The notes under the pieces were generated by a model that searched no databases, had not been told where the DNA came from, and worked only from the letters and a program-made list of their open reading frames with translations. Positions 44,206 through 57,822 of a stretch of DNA of 64,000 nt are shown piece by piece. The DNA is from Octopus vulgaris. Taxonomy: Eukaryota. Numbering within the stretch: the first letter of the stretch is position 1; each line of letters begins with the position of its first letter. A program made the position numbers and the translations under genes. Location of the stretch: contig OX597828.1 of the NCBI GenBank assembly GCA_951406725.2, positions 10,230,001 through 10,294,000 on the forward strand. The letters are read 5' to 3'.

Positions 44206-45137
44206 TTAGGTCATCCCATAAAAACCGTTTTTTTTATACTTTTATTTTTCAAAATTAAGATAAATAAGGTTCTTTTTTAATATGAACTATATGCTCATTC
44301 ATTTTTTACAATAATCTTCCATCTATCTCGTAGACTTGCAAGGCTCCTCTTCCAAAAGTGAATTGTCCGTTACGAAAAATACTTTTCCTGCACTGTTCTG
44401 ACTTCGTCTCTAGAATTCATATTCCGACCTTGTCCATAGAATTCATATTCCAACCTCGTCTCTAGAATTCATATTCTGACCTCGTCTCTAGAATTGATAT
44501 CCATCCAAATAATTTTGAAGCCTGTGTAAAAAATGATAATCAGATGGGGCAATGTCCGTCGAGTATGGTGGGTGGAGCATGGTTTCCTGTTCAAAATGCT
44601 CCAGCTTTTGGAATGTCATCCTCGCTGTATGTGGCCGAGCATCATCCTGGGGGAAGAATACCTTCCGTCTAGAAACCAAAGATGGTCGTTCGCTGACTTG
44701 AATGACTGGATGAATTACCAAATCCAAGCTACACTGCTAGTTCCTCAACAGTAACGAGCTCAACAGATCTTCCAGGAAGAAGCTCGTCTTCTAAGTTATG
44801 TATCCGGCTCGGAATTTCTGGAAACACTGTCGACACAGTTTTACGCTTATTGTCCGTTTACCATATACTTCATTAATATATCTCGCACATTCCATTGCGT
44901 AGTTGCCTTTATTGAATTCATAGAGCAAAATATGCCGAATATGCTCCTTTGTCACTTCCATTATAGCTTTAAAAAATTAACTTTTAATATAGAACTTCAT
45001 TCTTAAAAACTTGCATTAAGAATAAGGACAAGGTAAAATTACTACCTGCATTTATAGCAAGTTTTAGGTAGTTTACCCTGTCCCTCTACGACTTCTAATT
45101 CATGCAATCGAAAAACCGCATTATTTATGGGATTACC

Positions 45138-45140
<3 letters not shown>
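44206..45140 (-). mobile_element. Internally deleted mariner element with both TIRs
   Basis: TA-TTAGGTCATCCCATAAA...TTTATGGGATTACCCCA-TA. Motifs QDDARPHTA, LHPPYSTDIAPSDYHF and N-terminal KEHIRHILLYEF. Confidence 0.9.
44396..44497. repeat. 26-bp tandem repeat x~4 inside the mariner
   Basis: Unit GACCTCGTCTCTAGAATTCATATTCC with variants and no spacers. Confidence 0.85.
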
Positions 45141-45209
<69 letters not shown>

Positions 45210-45211
<2 letters not shown>

Positions 45212-46495
45212 GTGTTACTGCTGCTTGACCAGTTTGGAGAGTCTCTTATTTAAACTCTTGTGGAAGGGATGCGTTCCAGTGGTCAGGTGGTCAGTCTGTT
45301 GCCAATATCCTCTGGTTGGTGGATTAGGTATGCCGTGGCTCCTAATGCGCAGGCACACGCTTAGGTTACGCCACCTGCAACGATTTCGGGATGGTGTGTA
45401 TGGGCTCGGTCTTTCCGCAGCCCGTCTCCTTGACGGAGCTGCAGTCCTGTGTGAAGAAAAGAGGGCGGCTGGACGTCTAGCACCTAGAATGTGATCAGGT
45501 GCACACAATCTTCTACCACTCAGGCGATGAGATCGGTGGATGTTCCGCTTTAGAAATTTATAGAGGATTAGTGGCGGGTAAGTACGACGACGTCCTCGGG
45601 GAGATTCTTGGCCCCGACGAGAACGAACTGGCTAGTCTGTTCCGGAGGACTTTCCGGTCGGGAACAATCATGGATAATTTCCAGATATCTTTGTCCATGC
45701 AGTACTAACGGGGAGCGCTACCATTTCGAGGTAAACTCTACAGACATGAATGTTCTTTCAGACAGACCTGTCCGAGGTTCGCACAGAGTGACGAAACCGT
45801 TCTGCACGCCATCGTTCAGTGTCCGGGCATTGCTAACTTGCGGGGTTATGTCAGACAGCTGCTGTCACGTGTGTGATGGATCCAACAGTCGGCCGAGTCT
45901 GTAGTGATGATTGCATCGACCCTCCTTCTTTCGAACAGGCAAGGCAGTTTTCCTTTGTCTGGTGGCTGTAGCAACGGAGATTGTTTGGTGGACAAGGCTG
46001 AAAGGCAGTAGGGCAGACTAATTCCTCTTTGGTACAGCTCTCATTGACCTTTTCAAGTTTCACTTGGAAAGGAAATTTAAAGCAGAGAGGAAAATGTTGT
46101 CCTCGAGTGAATTTATTGAAAGGTTGGTGAAAGTTGCGAAAATGGCAAGAGTAACTCTCCATGTGTAGACCTGTGAGTCGGCGAGAAGGAATTGGAGAGG
46201 ACACTAGTTCCTAAGGTTTCGGGAAAATCTCGGACAGTGTGGGTCTTCGATTATCACTTGAGGCGTTCCTGTATCAGGAATGTCACTTCTCAATGATCCT
46301 CCCCGCCTTTTTTTTAACCTTTGTTTGCTATGCCTATGTCCCTTCTTTTCCATTGTATACCATGTATACTTTAAGTTTTTAATTTTGTTTTATTTTCTTT
46401 ATCATTTCATTATTATATGTAAAACCCACACTTTGTGTCTGTCTCGGTATTGTCTCCTTCATCTTTCACCCTTATAGCAAATAAATGAAACCATT
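45210..46495 (+). mobile_element. Tx1/L1-clade LINE 3' fragment (degenerate ORF2 C-terminus + 3' UTR)
   Basis: LFKLLWKG..PVVRWSVCCQYPLVGGLGMP motif. zf-RVT-like CPRFAQSDETVLHAIVQCP at ~45768-45825. T-rich UTR and AATAAA followed by an (ATC/ATT)n tail. Confidence 0.8.
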
Positions 46496-46556
46496 ATCAA
46501 TATCATCATCATCATCATCGTTATCATCATGATTATTATTATTATCATTATTATTA

Positions 46557-46620
<64 letters not shown>

Positions 46621-46670
46621 CATCATCATCATCATTATTATTAGTAGTAGTAGTGGCAGCAGTAGTAATA
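46496..46670. repeat. (ATC)n/(ATT)n/(AGT)n trinucleotide array
   Basis: Directly visible. Confidence 0.95.
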
Positions 46671-46747
46671 GTATATACACACATATATGTGTGTATATAT
46701 GCATGTATGTATATGAACGTATATAAATAAATACATTTATATGCATG

Positions 46748-46779
<32 letters not shown>

Positions 46780-46849
46780 CATACATATATATATTTATAT
46801 ATACATACACATATATATACATATATACATACATATATACATATATATA

Positions 46850-48320
46850 TATATACCCACACACTCGCATGCATCCCTACCCACATACATACACGCACAC
46901 CTACTCACACACACACATACACACACACACACACATACCCACACACACACACACAGACATACACCCATACACTCACACTCACACGCATACACACACACAC
47001 ATACACACGCACACGTACACATACACACACACACACACCTACATACATACATTACACTTGTATACACACACACTTACATTCATACACACACACACCTACA
47101 CAGCCATACCCTCACTCAGACACACACATCTACCTACACACACACACAAACACACACAGACACACACCCATACATACATACATCTACACACACACGCCTA
47201 CACACATACATACACACATACATAAACACACACACATACACATACACACACATACGCACACACACATATACTTATACACATGCACACACACACACATACA
47301 TACATACACCCATATACATACACACACACATACCTACATACTCCTATACGCACATACATACACACAGACATACACACATACACACTCACACAAACATACA
47401 CACACACATACTTACACACACACTCACCTGCACGCGCACACACATGCATGACAAACACCCATACACTCACACTCACATACGCACACACCAACATAAACAC
47501 GCACACGCACACACACACCTACACTCCCACACACATACACACGCACCTACATACACACACGCACGCATACACACGCGTACACACATACATTACACACGTA
47601 CACACACACCTACATACACATGCATACACACACACACACAAACATGCACGGACACACCCAGACATACATACATACACCTATATACACACGCCCACACACC
47701 TACATACACACACATATACACACGCCCACACACCTACATACACACACATACATACACACACATACACGGACACACACATACATACTTACATACATACACC
47801 TATACACACACGCCTACACACCTACATACACACACATGCATACACACACACACATGTACGCACATACACACACATATACGCACATACATATATACCCACA
47901 CACATGCACACACACACACATACGCACATGCATGCATGCACACGCGCACACCTACACGCATACACACACACGCACGTACACATACATACATACACACACG
48001 CATACATACACCCATACACATACATGCATCCTACACACACATACATACACACTCACACATACATACACACACACACACACACTCACTCACACACCTGTAT
48101 GTACGCGCACACACATGCACATACACACACTTCCCCACACCCACACGTACATACATACACACTCATACACACACACACACACACACACACACGGACATAC
48201 ATCTATGCACACACATATATACACACATACTCACATACATTCATCGGACACACTGCCACCCAGACATACACACAGACACACTCACACATCCACACACATA
48301 CATACTTACGCGCATACTCG
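46850..48320. repeat. Long degenerate (CA)-rich array (~1.5 kb)
   Basis: CACA/CATA/CACG/CCTACA variants. This array produces the spurious His/Thr ORFs of 236-578 aa. Confidence 0.95.
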
Positions 48321-48329
48321 CAGGCCCGC

Positions 48330-49150
48330 GCACACACGCGCTTGCGCCGGTTCGCGCACGCATACGCGCCGCATGCACCTCGCTCTTGGACCCGACGAGA
48401 CCTCCCGCCCGTTCCTGGGACCGTCGCTTGTCGCGGGACCACTCTTCCATCTCCCCCTTAGCTAGAGTCCTTTCTCCTTAACCCCCCCTTTTTCGTTACA
48501 CACACGCGCACACATATACACACATTGCTTAAATATATACATTACTCTTACACACATTCAATCTACTCGCCATTAATACTACCACGGCACTGGACACACA
48601 CACACACTACTACTCAACACACGCTGGCACGCTACATACGCCCCCACCCCTTCCCCTCCCTCCCTTCCTCCGTCCTTCTTTTTCTTACTACTGACCTTTG
48701 TCTGCTATGCTGACCACTGTCTCGCCCTACCTCACACGCCTACACACAGACGCACACACTAACACATACATATATTTTTTGTTTTTTATCTCGCCTCACA
48801 CACACACATACACACACGCACACGCACACACTCACACATACACGCACATCTGTTGCGTTACCAACCTTGTCTCCACTCTTTTGCCTTTAAAAACCTACTT
48901 TGCTCTTGTTATCGTAAACATCCGCCTTTCACCATGTGCAACTCGTAAACACCAGTCGTTTTTTTTCTCTATCCCTGTTGCCCGCTCTGGGATCTTTCTT
49001 TCCTCTCTCTTCCTTCTTTATGTTTCCGACGAAGAGCTCCGCTCGATACGTCATACCTCCCTGCTTCCATTTCCTGAGCGCCTATTAATAATAATACTGT
49101 AATTGTTCCTTTGTTGTTGTTTTTTTGTTTCCCGTTTGGATTAAAATTAT
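48330..49150 (+). mobile_element. Penelope-like pLTR region with minimal hammerhead-like motif (49022-49056)
   Basis: GTTT-CCGACGA-A-GAGC-TCC-GCTC-GATA-CG-TC followed by CCTGAGCGCCTATTAATA. The 5' boundary is uncertain. Confidence 0.55.
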
Positions 49151-50888
49151 ATATATATATACTCACACATATATACATATATATACTAATGATCTGGTGT
49201 ATGCTAATGAAGGTCACACGATAAACATTTATATCGTTTGTCTTATCTTATATATTATATATATATGTGTTTGTGTGTGGGTGAAGGCATGTATCTGTTT
49301 ATTTGTATGTGTGTGTGTGTGTGCTTCTATGAAAATGTACATACACATCAGATCTATCTATATGCAAGTATTCTTGTGTGTTTATATGTTTGGATATGTT
49401 CAAGGAATAGAAATTACTCAATACATGGTCTGAAGCATATTTATTCATTTGGAGCTAATGTTTTACTTCCTTGTAGGTTAAAGTTTCTCGCTTCGTGCGA
49501 TCTTTCAGGCAATATAGATTGAAGTTATGTGTGGTATTTACAGTTCTTGAACACTCACATTGCATTCTGCAAATGAGTGAATACGAGCTATCGATTATAT
49601 TCCACTCTATCGTCCATTTGGCCAACAGCAGGCCTGGTTTTTCTAAAAGTACCGTATTAATCAATAGAAAGCAACAAATCACATGATATAACACTAAATG
49701 TCTGTTCTTGTGTACACTCTACGAAATACGTTGAGGAAGTTTAAGATAAAGGTCAGTTCAACGAAATTCCTTTCATTACTATAAAAACTGTACATCATTT
49801 CAGTTTTGTCATGTATTGTATCACTTGCTTCAAATATTACCAGATAGCATGTATGTTTGATATTAAATATTTGAATAAGTAATGTCATGAATGTTCCGTT
49901 GCATAACACTAGACCGGCTCTTAGATCGTTCGTTTCTTGAGATATCCATTGAAAATAACTCAAGCGATGCAGGTCGTATTCTATCAAATATATAGATTCA
50001 ATCTCTATGGAGAACGAAACCAGTAATGGTTAACTAGCTTCAACAAAGGTATAAAACCAGTGAACGGAAACTACGATAGTGCTAAACTTCTCAATGACAG
50101 AATATATGTATTCTATGGTTTATGGAGGAAGATATACTCAGTTAAGATTCGGTTAGGCTGAAAATGTACAAAAAATATTTATTATCTCAATAAAATATAC
50201 ATTTACGTCGACGGCATGAATAGTTGATATTCGTTATATTATATAATTTAGACATATTTAACAAAAGAATACATCTTAATTTTGACACTGGGAGGAAGAT
50301 GATATAACATGGCTCCACAAAGTTTAAATGTAAAGGAAATAACAAATGCCATTAGAAAATATAATTCTTATTGTCATTCAACCAACTAATAATTGTCAGA
50401 CTGTATCATCGGGAATGGTGTGATATGGTTAAATATATAAAGTGAAGCATTTCTAGTTATATTTACTTTGGAAATATCCAACTAAGACATATATGTCCAG
50501 ATTAGTGTCAGATCTTGATGTATATGCAAAAAGAAATTATCGCTTTACGAAAATGGAGTGAAATAATTATAAATTTATCAAATATATAATTAATATGATA
50601 GTGAAAAAAGTAACTACCAGAGAGTCGTCATTTTCGTTCATTATGCAAATATGATAATACTATGAATATCTAATGGCATAAGTTTAATAATTATTTACTA
50701 GATTCATAATTGTTTCCATACCTTATACGCTCTAACTCTCCGTCACTTTCTTTGTCCCTCTGTGTTACACACACACACGTTTATGTGTGTGTTTGTGTGT
50801 AAAAATTATGGCTGTTACATACGCGATGTGTGCACTTTGTTTATATGCTGACGATTCTAGTCCAAGAAAAATCCTTTAAGACGCTGTG

Positions 50889-50931
50889 TGTTTAAAAAAT
50901 ACAGAATCAGTTATTCTGTATTTTTTAAACA
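50889..50931. repeat. Perfect 19-bp inverted repeat, 5-nt loop
   Basis: TGTTTAAAAAATACAGAAT-CAGTT-ATTCTGTATTTTTTAAACA. Confidence 0.9.
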
Positions 50932-51074
50932 AGTAGAATGAAACGCATTGGTCCACAGGTCAACGAGAAAGGTGAATATCAAAACTTCGCTTACTTGCTG
51001 GTCCCTGGTCCCTAAACACTTATCTACACAGTCATATAACTGAGTTAATTTTCATTATTCTCTTGAATGTAAGG

Positions 51075-51285
51075 CTGCGTGCTGGTAGAATTGCTAGCAC
51101 GACGGGCAGAATATTTAGCGAAATTTCGTAGGTTTTACGTTCTGAGTTCAAATTCCGCCGAGGTTGACTTTGCATTTCATACTTTCAGGGTCGGCAAACA
51201 TTGAGATCGACATAATCGCCTTCCCCCACTACCACCCCGCCCCCAAAACAAAATTCAGGCCTTGTACCTTTAGTAGGAAGGCTTT
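51075..51285 (+). mobile_element. SINE (family B)
   Basis: GCTGGTAGAATTGCTAGC A-box-like; TTCTGAGTTCAAATTCCGCCGAGGTTGACTTTGC. Confidence 0.8.
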
Positions 51286-53247
51286 TTCTATTGAATTTAT
51301 TTATGAAACGACAGTGCATCAGTATAGCCGCAGCTATGAGCTGAAATTATAGCAAAAAAAAAAAAACAAAACAAAAACTCACACTAAATACTTCAAACTG
51401 CGTAACCAATTGTATAAGACTTGTTTCTTATTTCCCGTATTCTTGAAATTATCTCCCCAGTAATTGACATCAATTCAATTCTGTCATTTATAAGCAATGT
51501 CTTGTTCGTTGGTAAAGGTAACTATATTTAAAATGTTATGTTCCCTTAAACCCCCTTTCATTTGCGATTTATTATTCTCCTTTCTTCCATTTTTTCACCT
51601 TATTATCTTCCCAAATTTCTAATTACTTTCTATACGTCTCTTAATTAACCTACATCAGATTACATCGCGCCTAAACTGAGCTCCAACATTACATCTCAGG
51701 GATTTTATATTTTATTCACAGCCGTAAGACTGGTAGAAAATTCAGAATCTATGTAGCATACCAGAGAAATTCCATACAGTATTTGTTTCAGTTCTTAATA
51801 TACTGAGTTCAAAAACATCAGAGGCTGACGTTACGGTCCACCCAGTCGGTACCAGAACATTGCTGTCCAATTCAAATAGCTGCTCCCCTCAAAATTGAAG
51901 TCCCTGTGTGTCAATTAAAATTAATTATTCAACCTCATATAATTCAAATCACACACCAATTGCTGATTTTCGAATAGTTTTAAAGAGTCAGTTACAAGAG
52001 AACTTGAGCTTTAATTTGCCAAAACTCCTTCAAATCACACTCCCTGCCTTTTATTCATTTGCCTGTTTTTCATTAGTTATTAGGAGTGGATCAAAATCAT
52101 GACCATGCATTGAACCGGTCAATGACTGCTTACTTTTACTAGCTTTTAATTTTTTGACACATTCTTCGTTGTTCACGAATCACTTATTAAATTCTCTATT
52201 GAAGTAAAAATATTGTGAATGAATCCTACGTCCACACAACTAGAAATAGAGGAAAAATTCGTCCGCCTAAATTGTGTGAGAATCAATGTTGAAAGTTCTT
52301 TCATACTTTCATACTCTCTCAGTATTTGTATTTACGTCGCACACAAACATAGGCACGCATTGCTGGGAAGAAATTTTTTCCCATTGATCCACACTGACTT
52401 TCAACGATTCTAACACACTTTTCTTTGAATGGATGTTTTTGCTCTGTCATGCTAATTTACATTTGACTTTTTGAAATTCTAATTTTATATATTTTATTTT
52501 ACGTGAAACGCTTAATATTGAAAGTTCTTACACTGAATTGTTCAATACTTAATTGATCAACACTACGTTGTTTTACATATTGGACATTCTTTAGTTAAAA
52601 AGTATAACGATTATATATCTTCAACTATATTTATGCGTATAAAAATATGAATATCCAATAACCTGTGTATTGGTAATTTATTGCGTACATAAATTCATAC
52701 GTTCAGTAAAACATACAGTATAGTCAAGAACACTCGCCGATGTCATTCCTTCATTATTGGTAACTGAAACTCTTTGGAGCCACAGACTGTCATTTCAGTT
52801 CCACCGAATATGCTTCAGATTTTCTCATCAATAAAATACTGACACACTTACATACCTAAATAATGCAGTGTATACGGTTGTGGGTTTTAATATCCCGTCT
52901 CCTGTATCGATGCACTTTCCTTCATTCCCATGTACACGGAGTCATGTTCTTCAATGATCCTTAATGATAACACTGAACATATTCCTGCTCTCAGTTTTTT
53001 TTTCTGAATTTCTTTTTCTGTCATTCAACTGTCTCTTTGTAATCCATTACTTTAGCATTCATTACCTAATTGTCAAATTTTGTGACACAAATGTACTATG
53101 TACACACACACACACACATACGCACATGTATGTATGCATGTCTGTATGTGTGTATGTATGAGAGTGTGTATGTGTATGCGTATTTGTGAGTATGTGTCTG
53201 TATTTCTGTTATTTTATGCATGTGTGCGTATACATATATGTATATAT

Positions 53248-53296
<49 letters not shown>

Positions 53297-53340
53297 CATA
53301 TATATGTGTGTATGTATATACACATATGTACATAAATATA

Positions 53341-53439
<99 letters not shown>

Positions 53440-53651
53440 CATACACACACACATGACGAAGCAAATGAGAAATCTATATTTGTTCTATTTTATTCCTCCT
53501 GTGTAAATATATAATTTCTTTGTGTTCTCTACGTAAATCATTGCTATTATGTCAGTGGAATCATAATTTCTTCGACTCTCTTTCTCCCTTTCTCTCTCTC
53601 CCACGCTGATACATACGCACATGTCTTCAGGAGTGGAGAACAAAATTCATA

Positions 53652-53700
<49 letters not shown>

Positions 53701-53797
53701 ATCAACAAAATTTAGATTCAGATGAATATGGTACTTAAGTCCAAGGCACCAGAATTTTGTATGGTATTATCCATATAAATCAAATGGGGTGATTATA

Positions 53798-53913
53798 ATC
53801 AAAATATGCAACAAGTATATCAGAGATAGAGTAGTGCAAGTGTTTCATGCTAAAATGAAGCAGCATGAAACAATTGTACTACTCTACCTCGGATATACTT
53901 GCTGCTTATTTTG

Positions 53914-53915
<2 letters not shown>
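53798..53915. repeat. 54-bp-arm inverted repeat, 10-nt loop, containing a hammerhead 3' half
   Basis: Arms 53798-53851 and 53862-53915 differ at 6 positions. The right arm contains GAAA-CAATTG-TA. Confidence 0.85.
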
Positions 53916-53985
<70 letters not shown>

Positions 53986-54184
53986 GATATATATATATAT
54001 ATGTGTGTGTGTGTGTATGTATGTACATGCATATATGTGTACAGGACATCAAAAAAGCGTTGAACACAATGAAAAACGAAAACATAAAATCAAAATTATA
54101 GAAACGAACTTCTTTTCAAACAAGACACGTGTCCCTGTTTCATCTACTCCGCGTTTCGAAGGACATGGTGGGGCGGGCACAGCC

Positions 54185-54520
54185 ATTAGTCAAGCAAATC
54201 GACCTCTGGACTTATTCTTTGTAAACCTAGTACTTATGCTATTGGTCCTTTCGTAGAACCGCTCAGTTACGAGGGCATAAATACACCAGCATAAGATGTA
54301 TATATATATATACATACATATATATATATATGTGTATGTATGTGTGTTTTTGTGTGTGCGACGGCCTTCTTTCAGTTTCCATCTACTATATACACTCACA
54401 AAGCTTTGGTCGGCCCGAGGCTATATTAGAAGACACTTGTTCAAAATGCAACTCAGTGGTACTGAATCCGGAACCATGTATATGAGAAGCAAGCTGCTTA
54501 CCGCACAACCACGCCTGAGC
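54185..54520 (-). mobile_element. SINE (family A)
   Basis: Reverse complement of 39177-39520, diverged. Confidence 0.8.
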
Positions 54521-54541
54521 CTATTATTATTATTATTATAA

Positions 54542-54639
<98 letters not shown>

Positions 54640-54685
54640 ATTATTATTATTATTATTGTTATTATTATTATTATTATCATTATTT
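54521..54685. repeat. (ATT)n/(GTT)n array
   Basis: Directly visible. Confidence 0.95.
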
Positions 54686-56189
54686 AAAACAAATTGATAC
54701 CGCCCACGCAACTTACTTTCGCAGGCTTCTTCTGGAAACATTTATACATATATATATGCGTGTGTATGTATGTATAGATATATTCATATATGCACACACA
54801 CGCAAATATATGTGTGAGTGCCTATGCGTATGCATACATGGGAGTGTGTGTCTGTGTGCATGTGTGTTGTGGGTTTATGTAAATTTGGTTGAATACAATG
54901 TTGCCATTTTTCTTCATGTTTGATATAGGTTATTTTAACTCATATTGCGTTTGATTTTATTATATTCCAAGACCAACGTATTCACAAAAATACATTGCGG
55001 TCATTTAGAGGAAGCTCGTTCAGTATCCCGGCAAGGCGGACATGTACTTAGATTAAAAAGAATTCAAATGATATATCTGTATATCATTTGATATGTACGT
55101 CTTTTTAAGCGTGTGTGTCTTTGTATGTGTGTATTTGTGTCCGCATTTATGTATGCGTATGTAGTGTTTGTTTGTATGTGTGTGTTTGTGTGTGGGGGCT
55201 TGTGTGTGTCTGTATTTGTGAGTGAGTGTGGTTGTGTGTGTGTGTGGTGTTCTTCCATATGTGTGAAGTATTGATAAAACGTATATTGAAATCATTGTTG
55301 CACACGTGAAGGAATCGCGCTATATTTAGTTTCAGCCCGATACGAGACAAAAGAATAACTCTTTTATGTAAATAATGAAGAAATAAAAGGGGAAAAAAGC
55401 AAGAAAACTGTGGGAAAATTAAAATCAGAATGAGATTGCTAATAGCCTATTACTGATATTGATAAGAAAATAATCGTTGCTAAATATATGTTATCTAAGA
55501 CAAAGGATTTTTGACGGAAAAATAAATATCCCAGAGATTGGTAAGGTGATAGATTTTGTAAAAAGATCATTATGGCTAAGTGTATGATAATGTGTACTCA
55601 ATGATCAGAAATACCTTTCAGTAATTTCCACATTAACGGATAAGTGACATTTCCTGCGTTTTATATCTGTATTATTTTTGTTTTAATATTTCGGTATTTC
55701 GATATGCGTAGCTGCTCAAAAGAAGTTAAGATTCCATCGTACTGAATTCCCTATTTTATTTATTTAACTTAAACATTGCACATATGAAATTCGCTCCCTT
55801 TAAATGCTTGTTTAGAAGCACTGTATTTAATGCATATGGCGTATACACAGTTGTGTTTTAAGCCGTTAACTTCTCAAATAGTATCTTTCTTTTTTGACCG
55901 TTGTGAGAGTACTACCAATGCAATCCATCTTTAGCATGACGCCAGTTAAACCGACACACTCTCAGTAAAATTACATGTACAGATTTAGTTCCATTATGGT
56001 GAAGAACTCAATACTTTAGTCTAGTTTGACACCGTCATTGCTTCATCCTTCTAAGTGTTCGTCAGATTTAATTTTAGTTTCATTCATTCAAAGCATGTTT
56101 CCTCTCTTCAACAAAATCGACATGTTGCTGTGCTACTTCCAAATAAATCAATCCATAGGCTGATCTTTCAATTATTTGTATTATAATAG

Positions 56190-56335
56190 CTTCAAATTTT
56201 ACTACACAGCCAGTATTTTTTAATGTAGGGGTTTAATCGATTACATCAACCCCAGTGATCTACAAGTAATCATTTATCGTCTACAAAAGTATGAATGCTA
56301 AAATTGACCTCAGCAGAATTTGAACCAGGAATGTT
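56190..56335 (-). mobile_element. Degenerate SINE (family B)
   Basis: TCGATTACATCAACCCCAGTG...TGACCTCAGCAGAATTTGAAC. Confidence 0.55.
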
Positions 56336-57174
56336 CAGAGACCATTTGTTATATAACAGATATCAGTTTTGTCTAGCTGCCAGGTGATACATCAGCCCAT
56401 TGTACTGTACAATTCCAGGCTAGGGATTTCGTTGCTTACGAACTGCTACAGGAATACTTCAAGCTTAACATATACATCACATAATTATTGTTAAATTTCA
56501 TTCCAGGTCTGTAAATAACACCGAAGCAACCTACATACGTAGGACTATAAGAGTAAAATACTTCCATAATCAGATAATATCGAACACGGGAGCGTCGATC
56601 TTCGGCAAGGTGCATTTTGAGGAAAACTTTCAAGCTTACATTTGGAAAGTATAGTACCTTATAGTTGGGAAATATAGTAAGATAAATATGAAATCATATT
56701 TCGAGCATGGATTATGCATCCCTCTATTTTCAAAATATTTTCAGTGGTATAGCGGATTATATTCACAGGGAATTGTCTTTTTCTTAACATCTGTTCTTGC
56801 AAATCTAGAAAATGACTATCTGCATCATATTTATTCCACTAAATTCTATAAAACACATGCGTTATTTTACATAGATAAATGTATCCCTTTCCATCTTATA
56901 ATAGATTTAGGAACAAGCACTCTCCATCCATTACTAGGACTCCGAAGATGTTGGGAAAAAACGGGAAAGGTAATCTCACAAGGTACCATAGTCAGAATAT
57001 TTGCAACAAAGTGAATTCCATTAAAGGTACCTAACGTTGTCAGTTAATTGGGAAACTTGTGAAGTCTCTCACCAGTGTCGTCAACATGTAGGTATCCGCT
57101 AAGAACCGAAATGGCCGAAACAAATGCTGCGAGGTGTCCAATCCAAATAATCTTACAATTCTCTTTACACTTTA

Positions 57175-57371
57175 GGCGCAGGAGTGGCTGTGTGGTAAGC
57201 ATGCGTAGGAGTGGCTCTGTGGTAAATAGTTTGCTTACCAACCACATGGTTCCGTGTTCATTCCCATTTCGTGATAACTTGGGCAAGTGTTTCTACTATA
57301 GCCTCGGGTCGACCAAAGCCTCGTGAGTAGATTTGGTAGACGGAAACTGAAAGAAGTCCGTCGTATATATG

Positions 57372-57422
<51 letters not shown>

Positions 57423-57650
57423 ATGTATGTGTGTATATATGTTTTTATGAGTCTGTGTTTGTGCTCCCAACATTTCTTGACAACCGATGGTGGTGTGTTT
57501 TCGTCCCCGTAACATAGCGGTTCGGCAATAGACCGATAGTATAAGTACTAGGCTTCCAAAGAATAAGTCCTGGGGTTGATTGTCCCGACTAAACGCGGTG
57601 CTCCAGCATGGCCGCGGTCAAATGATTGAAACAAGTAAAAGAGAGAGAGA
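57175..57650 (+). mobile_element. Full-length SINE (family A) with duplicated head
   Basis: GGCGCAGGAGTGGCTGTGTGGTAAG followed by GCGTAGGAGTGGCTCTGTGGTAAA. The rest matches 39177-39588. Confidence 0.9.
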
Positions 57651-57674
57651 AAGAGAGAGAGTAAAAAGAGTATT

Positions 57675-57822
57675 CTCTGTTCAAATTCCGCCGAGGTTGA
57701 ATTTGCTTTTCATTCTTTCGGAAATGATAAAGTAGTAATAATCAAACGCTGGGGGCAATGTAATCGACTCAATCGTTATAATAAAAAAATTGTGGCGTTG
57801 TGCCGCAATTGCAAGCCATTAT
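57675..57822 (+). mobile_element. SINE fragment (family B)
   Basis: GTTCAAATTCCGCCGAGGTTGAATTTGCTTTTCATTCTTTCGG. Confidence 0.7.

Noticed and set aside
44396-44497. CRISPR-like array
   Set aside because: The units are contiguous with no unique spacers, lie inside a mariner, and the context is eukaryotic.
48390-48440. CCGACGAG as another hammerhead core
   Set aside because: No matching stem II-GAAA-stem III-UH downstream.
46741-48481. Long His/Thr-rich ORFs (236-578 aa)
   Set aside because: Translations of a degenerate CA repeat that are open in several frames because stop codons are compositionally excluded.
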